DNA from: an archaeon
GTDB taxonomy: Archaea; Nanobdellota; Nanobdellia; Woesearchaeales; GW2011-AR15
Assembly (NCBI GenBank): GCA_018657065.1
Contig: JABHXU010000008.1
Location: 6,308 to 70,307, forward strand
Length of the DNA stretch: 64,000 nucleotides
Direction of reading: 5' to 3'
Below, one piece after another: positions 29,917 through 39,831 of this stretch (within the stretch, counting starts at the first letter, position 1; each line of letters opens with the position of its first letter). Under the pieces are notes generated by a model. The model was not told the origin of the DNA. It saw only the letters and a program-made list of their open reading frames with translations, and did no database searches. The translations under genes were made by a program, and so were the position numbers.

Positions 29917-29948
29917 TAAAAGTATTGGAATGCATTACACTACTTTTA
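29917..29948. promoter_or_regulatory. 32-bp imperfect palindrome between divergent genes
   Basis: TAAAAGTATTGGAATGCATTACACTACTTTTA, 14 of 16 positions pair. Confidence 0.5.
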
Positions 29949-30006
29949 TGATAATAAGTTATAATCAAAAATTTTATATACTTATTAAAAATTAAATATT
30001 TTTATC

Positions 30007-30468
30007 ATGAAAAAAAAATCAATTGATACTCCACTTTGTGAAATTACATTAAGAAGATATGAAAAACCATATAACCTAAGTAAAAGAGAAATTGTCAGAA
30101 AACTATGTTTAAGTTTTGGTCTTTTAAATCCTGGAGATTCTAGAGATGTTATCGTGGATGTATTATATGTATTTTTACGAGCAAAAAAAACAAATGAATT
30201 TATTAGTAGTGAAAAAGTTAGAGAACTTGTTATTGAATTTAGAACTTCAGAAAAACTTGATCTAAATGGAAGTGCTGCTTCAAATATTAGAAGACAAATT
30301 CGTAGACTTCGAGAAGTATTATTAGTTGAAAAAATTAAAAATGATTATAGAATAACTGAATTTGGAAATTTAATAGATATTTATGAAGATAAAATTGAGA
30401 AATTTTTAATTCCAAGCATTATAAATAGAGTTAAAGAATATTTAAAAACAATTGACGAGGGATTTTAA
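30007..30468 (+). CDS. Conserved archaeal hypothetical protein, winged-helix-like
   Basis: EITLRRYEKP, LCLSFGLLNPGDSRD, SNIRRQIRRL...LVEK. Confidence 0.7.
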   Translation: MKKKSIDTPLCEITLRRYEKPYNLSKREIVRKLCLSFGLLNPGDSRDVIVDVLYVFLRAKKTNEFISSEKVRELVIEFRTSEKLDLNGSAASNIRRQIRRLREVLLVEKIKNDYRITEFGNLIDIYEDKIEKFLIPSIINRVKEYLKTIDEGF

Positions 30469-30469
30469 A

Positions 30470-31276
30470 ATGGTAAGTATTGACAATGTTAACGAATCAA
30501 GTTTAAAAAAAATCAAAAAATATGGATTTAGTGAACTCCCTATAAAATCTGAAAAAGAAATTGCTAGATATAAAGGAATTTCAACTCTTGTTCTATATAA
30601 AACTGGAAAGCTATTAATTCAAGGTTCAAGTAATAATATTAAAGAAACTAAAAAAATTGCTGAATATTTAGGTATTGGAAAAAAACCAAAATTTTCAGGA
30701 GTAGCTGTAGGAACTGATGAAACACTAAAAGGAGATACTTTTGGTGGACTTGTTGTTTGTGGATTTAAAGCCGATGACCAAATTAGAAATAATTTAAAAG
30801 AACTTGGTGTAAAAGATTCTAAATCAATGTTAAATCCTGACATAGTAAAATTAGCAAAAACATTAATTGAAAAATATCCAAAAAACTATCACGTAGAAAA
30901 CTTATCTCCTAAAGATTATAACAAATTAAATGTTAAAATGAATGTCACCCAAATTATGGATTTATTACATAAAAAATGCTATACTAAATTAGCCAGAACA
31001 GCCGTCCATATTGTTGATAAATATCCTGGGTGTTCTGTAGGAAATATAATGGAGACTAAAGCTGAGTCAAAATACTATGAAGTTGCAGCTGCTTCAATTA
31101 TCGCTAGATATTTTGGACTTATGCAAATAAGGACACTTGAAATGAAAGCAGGATTTTTTATTCCCTTTGGCAGTTCTAATGTAGAATCTGCCTTACTTGA
31201 AATTAGAAAAAAATCTCTAGATCCAAGTAAACTCGTTAAGATGAAGTTTAGAAATGTTATTCGCTTTTTTGAATAA
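30470..31276 (+). CDS. rnhC: Ribonuclease HIII (RNase HII fold with N-terminal TBP-like domain)
   Basis: TLVLYKTGKLLIQG N-domain; GTDETLKGDTFG, DSK, KAES, VAAASIIAR; ATG 30470 preferred. Confidence 0.8.
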   Translation: MVSIDNVNESSLKKIKKYGFSELPIKSEKEIARYKGISTLVLYKTGKLLIQGSSNNIKETKKIAEYLGIGKKPKFSGVAVGTDETLKGDTFGGLVVCGFKADDQIRNNLKELGVKDSKSMLNPDIVKLAKTLIEKYPKNYHVENLSPKDYNKLNVKMNVTQIMDLLHKKCYTKLARTAVHIVDKYPGCSVGNIMETKAESKYYEVAAASIIARYFGLMQIRTLEMKAGFFIPFGSSNVESALLEIRKKSLDPSKLVKMKFRNVIRFFE

Positions 31277-31673
31277 ACACTTCTCTTATAAAATATTCTA
31301 GACCTAATAATAAAAATATTATCCCCATAATACTTATAGACGCAGACATAATATAAATGATCAAGTGAATTTTTGCGTACTTAATTAAAACTGTAAGTCC
31401 AATAAAAACTAGTACCATGCCAATTCCTAAATAGTTAGGAAAATGATTTTGCTTTGTCTTTTCAAAAAAAGGTTTTTTATTTTCTACATGCCAAAATAAA
31501 AGCATTCCTAGTCCAATAATACTAATAATAATACTTCCAAAAAATGCTAAAACATATATTGAATTTAAATATGAAAATATGAGAATTTTCTGATTCACCA
31601 TATTAAGTGTAAAAATCAAAAATCCTAAAAACATTATAAATATTGATATAAAAAGTGAATCTTCATGTTTCAT
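31257..31673 (-). CDS. Four-TM hypothetical membrane protein
   Basis: Four hydrophobic helices. Confidence 0.6.
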   Translation of the reverse strand: MKHEDSLFISIFIMFLGFLIFTLNMVNQKILIFSYLNSIYVLAFFGSIIISIIGLGMLLFWHVENKKPFFEKTKQNHFPNYLGIGMVLVFIGLTVLIKYAKIHLIIYIMSASISIMGIIFLLLGLEYFIREVFIQKSE

Positions 31674-31736
31674 AATAGAAGATGTTTACTTAATTAAGTA
31701 TAAAAATCTTATTAATTAAAAAAAATAAAGAAGATA

Positions 31737-32195
31737 TTACGAAGTATCATTTTTTGATCGATATTCTCTTACTTTACTGATCCCATCCTTAATCAAATAC
31801 GGAATATTTAGTATTGCTGAACCCATATGGCCATTACCTTCTGATAAATTATTGATTGTTGCGTTCTCCAATAACAGGTCTTCTTTTTTTTCATAACCTG
31901 ATGCAATAAAATTTGCAACACCATCAAAAATTAAAACTGCTCCTAAAGTTAGGTGATCTGTAGCTATTGCGCCTACACCTACTCCAACTTCAACAATTGA
32001 ACCAACTGTTGAATAAGTTCCATCTCTAAAACCTTTTAATCGTTCTTGAACAATATCATTTACCCAATCATATTCATTTGATAAATATTGAACACTTTCA
32101 ATAGGTAAATTACCTAAAACTACTCCTGAAAAAACTTCTTCTGCTATTCTTCTTCTTAATGATTTTTCTTGATTTTGATTATCCATAATTATCAC
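31737..32195 (-). CDS. Hypothetical protein
   Basis: 152-aa ORF with a central Gly-rich hydrophobic hairpin; archaeal promoter upstream. Confidence 0.6.
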   Translation of the reverse strand: MIIMDNQNQEKSLRRRIAEEVFSGVVLGNLPIESVQYLSNEYDWVNDIVQERLKGFRDGTYSTVGSIVEVGVGVGAIATDHLTLGAVLIFDGVANFIASGYEKKEDLLLENATINNLSEGNGHMGSAILNIPYLIKDGISKVREYRSKNDTS

Positions 32196-32292
32196 CTAAT
32201 CCTAAATCATAACTACATATATATAAATATTTCTATTTTATTGTCACTGTAAAGTAATAATATTTATATATTAGTTAAAATAAAACATCTAC

Positions 32293-32766
32293 ATGGGAAA
32301 TGTCATAGCAAATTTGTCATCAAAAGTAAAGGAGCACTACAAAGATAATGAGAAGTTTAGAAAATTTGTAAATTATAGTGCTGCAACATTGGGTTCTCAT
32401 CTAGCTTTTAAAGGTGTAGGACACTTGGCTACTATGATTACTGGAAATCCAGATTTTGCTGTATATGGTGATTTACTTGCAACAAATACTTCAGCTGCTC
32501 TTGCTTTTGTTGGTACAAATCAAATATTGCCTCATGGAAATAAATTTAGAAAATTACTTCAAGTAGGTATAGGCTTTTATGTTGGTGCAGACATGGCACA
32601 TATTCTTTCAAATTATGCAGGTAATAATGATGTTTTACAAATGGGTCAAGATTTAGTAAACACTGTTAACCTAGAATATATTCAATATATGTTTGGAAAT
32701 TCTTATCCAAGATTAAGTGGTGGAGTATTAGGTGCAACAACCACTGCTTTATTTAGTAAAGGTTAA
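32293..32766 (+). CDS. Hypothetical protein (Gly/Ala-rich hydrophobic helices)
   Basis: 157-aa ORF; TTTATATA box upstream. Confidence 0.6.
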   Translation: MGNVIANLSSKVKEHYKDNEKFRKFVNYSAATLGSHLAFKGVGHLATMITGNPDFAVYGDLLATNTSAALAFVGTNQILPHGNKFRKLLQVGIGFYVGADMAHILSNYAGNNDVLQMGQDLVNTVNLEYIQYMFGNSYPRLSGGVLGATTTALFSKG

Positions 32767-32767
32767 A

Positions 32768-33280
32768 TTACATATCCCATTTAATTTTTCTTCTATCTAA
32801 ATTAAATACTGCTAGAACTTTTTCAGGTTTTTGTAAGACTACTTTTAAAACAATTGTCATAGTAATAATAAATAAAATACAACAAAGGATAATTATATCA
32901 GTCATAAGTGGAAATTTATTTAGTACCATAGCCATTGAGAGACCTAATGCTGGAGCGTGTTGAAATTCCAAAAGAGTCATAATAACAAATGAAGAAACTG
33001 TAGCTAAAGTTAAATTTAAAGAGGCTATTGTAGTAATCTTTGAAAATAAAAAACCAATAGCTGCTGCTAACATATAAGAACCATATACTTTTTTCTTTGA
33101 CAAATTACTTCTTGACAAAATCATAAATATTGTTGCTCCAAAAGATGCAATTGTTATTCCATAATCTGAAACATTAAATAAAAGCATGATTACAAAACCA
33201 CTAATTACAAAACCAAAAGCTAATAAAAAATAGGTCGCAAGTTTCCTCTTTAGTTCATTTTGGTTTTTATTTACCCCCAT
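32768..33280 (-). CDS. HPP-family membrane protein
   Basis: IASFGAT and MTLLEFQHAPA (HPP variant). Confidence 0.75.
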   Translation of the reverse strand: MGVNKNQNELKRKLATYFLLAFGFVISGFVIMLLFNVSDYGITIASFGATIFMILSRSNLSKKKVYGSYMLAAAIGFLFSKITTIASLNLTLATVSSFVIMTLLEFQHAPALGLSMAMVLNKFPLMTDIIILCCILFIITMTIVLKVVLQKPEKVLAVFNLDRRKIKWDM

Positions 33281-33409
33281 TCTATAAATTAAGAGTCAAG
33301 GTAGATATATAAATATTTCTATATTTTCGTATATTAATATGGAAAAATGTATACTAAATATTACAAAATTACAAAAAAATAAAAAGAATCTAATAGTTTC
33401 CTCCAAATA

Positions 33410-33700
33410 ATGAATAACTTAATCACTGAAGAAAAGCTAAAAAAATACTTTTCTGTAACTAATGAAGCTTTACAAAAAGTTAAAGATAATTTTGACAATA
33501 CAAGATTAGATCAAGCAAAAGATTTCTTTGATATGGCTTCTAGGTATTTTTCTGATGCAAATTTTTTTTATAAAAATAAAAATTATGTAAATGCTTTTGC
33601 AGCATTAAATTATGCACATGGCTGGCTTGATGCTGGAGCTAGAATTAGACTCTTTAAAGTTAATGATTCTAGACTCTTTACTGTAGACGATGAATCTTAA
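33410..33700 (+). CDS. DUF357-family protein
   Basis: MASRYFSDA...AFAALNYAHGWLDAGAR. Confidence 0.9.
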   Translation: MNNLITEEKLKKYFSVTNEALQKVKDNFDNTRLDQAKDFFDMASRYFSDANFFYKNKNYVNAFAALNYAHGWLDAGARIRLFKVNDSRLFTVDDES

Positions 33701-34257
33701 GCAATTGGAAGAATTAACCTATAGATTGCTGCCATAATTTGACTTACAATTAAAACATTAAAAAGTGCGTCTCCATATGAATGAATAACATTTTCTAGTA
33801 AATCCGGTTTAATTAATTGAAATACAAAAAAACCTAAATTCGCTCTAACTATGTATGTTAATAAAAAAGCCCACCAAAATGAAAAACCTAGTGACGCAAA
33901 TATTGCGCCAAAAATTCCACAAACTCCCATGAACATAGCATTAACCATAGTTGTTAATTTCAAAAAACCATTATAAATTGTTCCAAACATTCCCGCCCCA
34001 AATCCAAAAATTAGTCCAATTTTCCAACCCCATACATATCCAAATAAAATAGCTGAAGCACTAACTGTTTCAATACTTATATGAGGAACAAATCTAGTTA
34101 TTCGTAGTGTAGCTGTACCAAGGATAGTAAATACTAACATTAAAACAATTATAATAAAATATTGTCTTAAAATTATTAATATTACTAAACCAAACAAGAC
34201 TAACTTGGTTTTTTGATTTAATATTGCATTTTTTTTCCTACGTCGCTTACGAACCAT
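33697..34257 (-). CDS. Multi-pass membrane protein, ECF S-component-like (paralog 3 of 3)
   Basis: PHISIETVSASAILFGYVWGWKIG, ENVIHSYGD; closely similar to 7321..7875. Confidence 0.7.
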   Translation of the reverse strand: MVRKRRRKKNAILNQKTKLVLFGLVILIILRQYFIIIVLMLVFTILGTATLRITRFVPHISIETVSASAILFGYVWGWKIGLIFGFGAGMFGTIYNGFLKLTTMVNAMFMGVCGIFGAIFASLGFSFWWAFLLTYIVRANLGFFVFQLIKPDLLENVIHSYGDALFNVLIVSQIMAAIYRLILPIA

Positions 34258-34404
34258 TGTAAAGAATTACTATAATACCCCCTGTAGTAAACAATATTTT
34301 ATTGTCAACGTAATATAAAAATGTTTCTTAAGAGATTTATAAAGAAACAAAGATAAAATAAGACTACTACGGCAAGACAAAAAATGACTAAAAAATTCTT
34401 TTAT

Positions 34405-37400
34405 TTATTTAAAATTTTTAAGAACATGTTCTATAACATCTTTAGGTAAATTAAGTTGTTCCATATATGTTTTTGCTTGATCTTTGTTTGCAAAACCTTG
34501 AGCTTTAATTCTGTCTTCCCAATGATATTTCAAAGCTTGTATAGTTTCTTCATTGCTTCCTGTTTTAGGTTTATTAAATCCTAAATGAAGTTTATTAAAT
34601 TTTACTTCCATCCAAACAGTCGCAACAATTGCTAAAACTATTAAAACACCTATTAATATAGGTGTCATTGGACTAGGTTCAGTATAATCAATCATATCTG
34701 CTATAGCCATTCCTTTAATATTTTCAAGACAATCTTTTGATATCTTTCCTTTAACCCTATAATTAAAATTTGCAGGTCTATCCATTTCTGCAAAATGCCA
34801 AGCAATTATTGAGTCTTCCTTAATTATTTTATAATCTTCTACTTCAAACTCAATTTCATCAATATATTCTGCTAAACATTTAGGAATATATAAGTGATAA
34901 TTTGCTTCACCTAGATTTTTTTGAGGATTTAAATTAATTTCAATATCAGTCATTCCAGATTCTTCATCATAACTAAAACTATATGATTGTTCAATGTGTT
35001 TTCCTGTTTCTTCACCTTTTAATAAATCTTCATCTGAGTAATATCCGTCACCTTCTTCTTCAAATGTGTCAATTGTATCATCATCAACAACACTATCTAC
35101 TTGTTCACAACTGTCTTGATTGATCAAATGAAATATGATTGATTTTTGTGTATCTCCACATTTTAATGTTAAATCATTTTGTCCTTTTTTTGCTTTAATT
35201 GTGTCAGTTACACCTTTATATTGTCCTGTATTTAACTTATATCTACATGAATCACTTCCATCAAAATCATAATCAAGTTTAATATAAGTTTCATCGTAGC
35301 AAGTTTTATATGTAAGATCTGCAACAGGAACATTAATTTCTAAATTATAACTCTGCACAATATTATCACCACAATCTGCAACACATTCATTTCCCCATTC
35401 ATTATTTTCACATTTAAATGATCCTTGAATTTGTTTTTTGTCTGCACAGGTTTTAATACAACTCTTAGTAGCACCAGTACTACAACAATTTGCTAAACCA
35501 TCTTCTTGATCTATTTTTCCATCACAATCATTATCTTTTCCGTCACACTTTGTTTCTGTTACTTCATAATCTAATAAACTAGAATAATCACAAGAAGGAA
35601 TAAACCCATCTAACCCACAAAATAATTCTAATTCAGCACATACTCCGTCTGGATCACAGCCAATTGGATCTCCTTCATTACATTCACATCCTTCAGCGAC
35701 TTGCCCATTACAATTATGATCAATTTGATCACAAATTTCTTCTTGTCCTGGATACACTACATTATTTGAATCATCACAATCTGTTCCAAAGGTATTACAT
35801 GCTCTTTCTATATTATTTCCATCAATAAATGAATTAATACAATCAATAGAAATATTAGCGTAATTATCTTTATCTAAATCACAAGTCTCATCTATTTTTC
35901 CATCGCAATCATTATCAAGTAAATCACAAGTTTCATTTTGTTTTATGTCTAAACAAATAAATTCTCCGCCTACACAAGTCTTTTTTTGATCTTTACAAAT
36001 TCCTAAACCACTAGATGCTTCATCACATAAAGGTATATCTTTATCAGCAAGATCATCAATAACTCCATTACAGTCATTGTCATCTCCATCACATTTTTCT
36101 TTTCCAAAATTAGTGATTTCACATTCACATCCATCACTTGCGTCTTTGTTTGCATTACCATATCCAGATTCACAACTGATGTCACCAGGAGAATATTGAC
36201 ATGGATAAAAGTGAAGTGCTTGTTCAAAAAAAGAAGTGCAATCTTCAATATCAGCACAATCAATAAAATCATCACAATCATCGTCTTGATCATTATCACA
36301 AACTTCATTTTGTGCTGCTGGACATCCTTGCCATTGGCCGTTCACACAATCTGCTTGTCCTACACCACAAATTCCATGAAATATTTCTGAGCAAGGTTTA
36401 GAGTCACCAGGAGTACAAGTAAATCCTTCATCTGTTTGCCCATCACAATCATTATCTTTTCCATCAGGTATTTCAGTTGCACCATCATAAATAGTATTGT
36501 CTGAGTCATCACAATCTTCATTATTGTTGTTTGATGTTACATAATGGTCATCATTATCTAAATCTTCACCAATTTGAAATGTTTTAACTTGAGATGTTGA
36601 TGTTCCAAAATTATTACATTTATTGGTTGTATCAATAGAAACTACTGATAAATTTGCACTATAATCACCTGGATTAGTTGTTTCCCATGAAACTGTAAAA
36701 TCTTGAGGTGTATTAGATACTGCGTTTTTTCCAAATCTATCTGTAACAGTATAAGCAACTGCGTCAGAATCTCTATCAGTTATAGTTAATGTATAATCTG
36801 ACATAAACATAAATACTTCAGCTAAAGAAGTATCTTGTAAATTACATTCATCAATATAAGTATAATCCCAATCTTGAAACTCCATTAGTTTTTTTCCATT
36901 AAAATTAACCCTATAACTTGTATCAGTTAATTCACTTTGAGAAACAGAAAAATCACTTATTTCACATCTACATGTATCTGGTGAAGGTGATAAAGTTATG
37001 GTCATTGTTTGCTCAACAGGAACCATTGTTGCTTGATCACACTTATTATCAGGAACAGTTGAAATCATTGTAATTTCATATTGACCTGGTGCAGTGTCTT
37101 TACTTGTTTCCCAGAGGAATTCGAAGTCGTGAGTTGTACTTCCACTTATTCCCCATGTATCAGTTTTAGGAAATCCACTTTCTGAAGTAGATGCACCAAC
37201 TTTTTTTACATCTGCGAACATGTTTGTTGTTGCATTAATCCAATCGTTATATTCTGGAGAGGGATAATGAGATGTACCAGTGGAAAGTGCAGATTGGGTT
37301 GTTGCTTCAAGTTCAGTATCTGTTAAAATACTAATCGGAAATCCAGCTTCCGCGCAACTTTGAATTGCTTGTGTAAATTCTGCTTTGCAATTTTGTGCTA

Positions 37401-37767
37401 TTTTCAAAGAGTTAATTGTATAGTCACTTTTCCTTCCTGTACCTGAAACTGCAAATTTTACTCTTCCGGACAAATAATTCGAGGGAAAAAATCTTAGTAA
37501 ATATATACCTGGCTCAGCAAGTGTAACATCATAAAAACTATTACCACCTGAAGATTTTCCATTTGGAGCTAAAGAAGGAATCATTGAAGTAACATCAACA
37601 CAACTCTCATCAACACATTTCCAGCCAATTACAATTACATCTGTAACTGGTTGATTTTGTTCATTCTCCCAAATGAATTTTTTATAAATTTCTGCATAAG
37701 AAAAACTAGAGATTAATATCATGTAAAACAAAAATAGTAGTGATAAAATAACTCTTTTTTTTAACAT
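34405..37767 (-). CDS. Large surface protein with Cys/Asp-rich (MopE-related, Ca-binding-like) repeats
   Basis: Signal peptide; repeated E.CDG.DNDCDG..D; C-terminal TM anchor. Confidence 0.85.
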   Translation of the reverse strand: MLKKRVILSLLFLFYMILISSFSYAEIYKKFIWENEQNQPVTDVIVIGWKCVDESCVDVTSMIPSLAPNGKSSGGNSFYDVTLAEPGIYLLRFFPSNYLSGRVKFAVSGTGRKSDYTINSLKIAQNCKAEFTQAIQSCAEAGFPISILTDTELEATTQSALSTGTSHYPSPEYNDWINATTNMFADVKKVGASTSESGFPKTDTWGISGSTTHDFEFLWETSKDTAPGQYEITMISTVPDNKCDQATMVPVEQTMTITLSPSPDTCRCEISDFSVSQSELTDTSYRVNFNGKKLMEFQDWDYTYIDECNLQDTSLAEVFMFMSDYTLTITDRDSDAVAYTVTDRFGKNAVSNTPQDFTVSWETTNPGDYSANLSVVSIDTTNKCNNFGTSTSQVKTFQIGEDLDNDDHYVTSNNNNEDCDDSDNTIYDGATEIPDGKDNDCDGQTDEGFTCTPGDSKPCSEIFHGICGVGQADCVNGQWQGCPAAQNEVCDNDQDDDCDDFIDCADIEDCTSFFEQALHFYPCQYSPGDISCESGYGNANKDASDGCECEITNFGKEKCDGDDNDCNGVIDDLADKDIPLCDEASSGLGICKDQKKTCVGGEFICLDIKQNETCDLLDNDCDGKIDETCDLDKDNYANISIDCINSFIDGNNIERACNTFGTDCDDSNNVVYPGQEEICDQIDHNCNGQVAEGCECNEGDPIGCDPDGVCAELELFCGLDGFIPSCDYSSLLDYEVTETKCDGKDNDCDGKIDQEDGLANCCSTGATKSCIKTCADKKQIQGSFKCENNEWGNECVADCGDNIVQSYNLEINVPVADLTYKTCYDETYIKLDYDFDGSDSCRYKLNTGQYKGVTDTIKAKKGQNDLTLKCGDTQKSIIFHLINQDSCEQVDSVVDDDTIDTFEEEGDGYYSDEDLLKGEETGKHIEQSYSFSYDEESGMTDIEINLNPQKNLGEANYHLYIPKCLAEYIDEIEFEVEDYKIIKEDSIIAWHFAEMDRPANFNYRVKGKISKDCLENIKGMAIADMIDYTEPSPMTPILIGVLIVLAIVATVWMEVKFNKLHLGFNKPKTGSNEETIQALKYHWEDRIKAQGFANKDQAKTYMEQLNLPKDVIEHVLKNFK

Positions 37768-37812
37768 TACAGAAAACAGTATTTTAAAACTTTAAATATT
37801 TTAGTATTTAAA

Positions 37813-39228
37813 TTAATCACAGTCCACTCCTTCTGTACAATCATCAATGATAATATCATCTCCAGGATCTACCGGAGGATCTGGATCTGTGATAACAACT
37901 GTTGTTGTAGATCCATCATCAGCTGAATAAGTTACAGTGGTTGACCCATCATCAGCAACATTTACTAAAGGAACTGCAGGTTTCAAAGTTAAAATATCTG
38001 GGCTTGGTTCAACTTGGATATATACATCATCCCCGTTTATTGCTGCAATAGGTAATTCTATTCCTTCAAGTTGGCATTCAGCATATTCATTTGAAGACAT
38101 TTTTCTAAGAACTTTAAAATCAGCCATATTTCCTAAACCTGCTATATCAAACTGTAATTTATCTTCTAAAACCTCACCTACAAATTCAAGAGGATTAGCA
38201 AAATCATATTCTAATGCTCCATTAAGTTTCATAAGTACATAATCTATACCGGGATTTAGAACCAATGCTGGATTAGTATATGTAAAGGATCCTGCTGCAG
38301 GACCTGCATTATCGTCACCTGTTTTTTGAAAATATAATGAAAAATGCCATCCTCCATTCAACCACTCTTGTTCAGATCCCTCAACAGGTTCGTATGTTGG
38401 TGATGGTGTAGCAACTTGTGTAGCAACTTCTGTAGGTCCTACTGCTTCTGTTGTTGGTGTTGGTGTACAATATGGTGGTGGTTCAGGAACTGGTTCAACT
38501 TCAGGTACAATTGCTGTCGGATCAGGTTCTACACTTTCTATTGGAACACCAGCAGTATCAATTTCTGTATCTGGAGTTGGTGCTTCATGAATTTCAACAG
38601 GTCCTCGTGTTGGAGTTGGTTCTGGTTCTGCTACGGGTTTATATCCTTCAGGTTGAGGTGTTTCACTTGGTGCCGGTGCACATCCAGATTGTAAATACAA
38701 TGTAAGTAATATAGTTCCTAATGCAGCTACTCTATGTCCTTTTCCTTTAATATTTCCTAAAAACATTGCACCTACAGGTGCTCCAGCTCCAGCTCCAGTT
38801 CTAATTGCATAATCTTTCCCTAGTTCTGCAGCTAAATCTCCTACATCCATTTGACCTACAGTTTCTGCATTTGCATGCATTTGTTCAGTTACTGCATCAA
38901 TTGTTAAATATCCTGCATATAATCTTGCTATGTTAGTTAATCCATGAACCCATTGATCTGCTTTTTCATTTTTAGATTTTATAAATTGATTTGATGCAGC
39001 ATCAATTAATGAAGATCCTGCTAAAATTCCTGCAGCTAATTTACTATAATTTAAAGCAATTCCTGCTGTAATTAATCCTGTTGCTGTTAAAACAAATTCA
39101 TTTTGCGCTGCATCAGCATCTGCTTTTTTATTTCTAAGTTTATCAAATAAAACTCCTGTTGCAGCTGTATTTGCAAAATATAATAATGAATTTGCAGCAG
39201 CACCTATTAAAGGTGCATATTCAGCCAC
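37813..39228 (-). CDS. Hypothetical membrane protein with Pro/Thr/Glu linker (3' part of TGA-split gene)
   Basis: Same frame as 39244..39831, separated by one TGA plus 5 sense codons. Confidence 0.7.
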   Translation of the reverse strand: MAEYAPLIGAAANSLLYFANTAATGVLFDKLRNKKADADAAQNEFVLTATGLITAGIALNYSKLAAGILAGSSLIDAASNQFIKSKNEKADQWVHGLTNIARLYAGYLTIDAVTEQMHANAETVGQMDVGDLAAELGKDYAIRTGAGAGAPVGAMFLGNIKGKGHRVAALGTILLTLYLQSGCAPAPSETPQPEGYKPVAEPEPTPTRGPVEIHEAPTPDTEIDTAGVPIESVEPDPTAIVPEVEPVPEPPPYCTPTPTTEAVGPTEVATQVATPSPTYEPVEGSEQEWLNGGWHFSLYFQKTGDDNAGPAAGSFTYTNPALVLNPGIDYVLMKLNGALEYDFANPLEFVGEVLEDKLQFDIAGLGNMADFKVLRKMSSNEYAECQLEGIELPIAAINGDDVYIQVEPSPDILTLKPAVPLVNVADDGSTTVTYSADDGSTTTVVITDPDPPVDPGDDIIIDDCTEGVDCD

Positions 39229-39243
39229 AGCTTCATTTTGTCC

Positions 39244-39831
39244 TCAATATTGTTGACCAATTGCAACACCATTTGTTGCCCAAAGACCTAGACCAATTGC
39301 TTTTTGTGTAGCATGTAAAACATAAGGGTTAAGAAGAGTTCGCTCTGCAGCAAAATGAATTTTTCCTCTTGCATTTACTAATTGCCTATAAATAGGTAAA
39401 TCTGTTTCTTTTCCAAGTTGTCTTGCAACTTGATTTCTTAAATGTGATGGAATTTTTGCTTGATCTAACGCACTAGCACCAATATAAGCTATAGCTTCAT
39501 CAACTGTTCCTAAACCTTGTAAATCTTGAATCGTAACTCCTAGAGGCAGAGTCATTCCTTCAGGTATTTGCCCATCAATTATTTGTTGAAATTGTGGCCT
39601 ATATTCTTGAACTCCTTGCACTAAACTATAAACTTGATCATGAAGTGCTTCTTTAGCAGCAATTTCATTAGGAGAATTAGATAAAGGTCCTAAAATTGCT
39701 TTTTTTGCCGGAGTTTTCCAATCGTATTTCATTGTGCTTTCTAGAGTATTATCTCGTTCTATATATTTTTTTCTTTGGAATGATCTTGTTCCCCATGTAG
39801 GGGCGTTTAGCATATTTTGTACCTCTGGCAC
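39244..39831 (-). CDS. Hypothetical protein (5' part of TGA-split gene)
   Basis: 195-aa ORF with BRE-TATA upstream; ends in TGA in frame with the downstream ORF. Confidence 0.65.
   Translation of the reverse strand: MPEVQNMLNAPTWGTRSFQRKKYIERDNTLESTMKYDWKTPAKKAILGPLSNSPNEIAAKEALHDQVYSLVQGVQEYRPQFQQIIDGQIPEGMTLPLGVTIQDLQGLGTVDEAIAYIGASALDQAKIPSHLRNQVARQLGKETDLPIYRQLVNARGKIHFAAERTLLNPYVLHATQKAIGLGLWATNGVAIGQQY

Noticed and set aside
29917-29948. Xer/dif recombination site
   Set aside because: Can be parsed as 11-6-11, but the arms lack the TAA/TTA inner pattern I expect for archaeal dif sites.
39244-39246. Genome-wide TGA recoding or selenocysteine
   Set aside because: TGA ends conserved genes at their expected C-termini (folA, rps12, psmA, rrp41); no Cys-like catalytic context at this codon.
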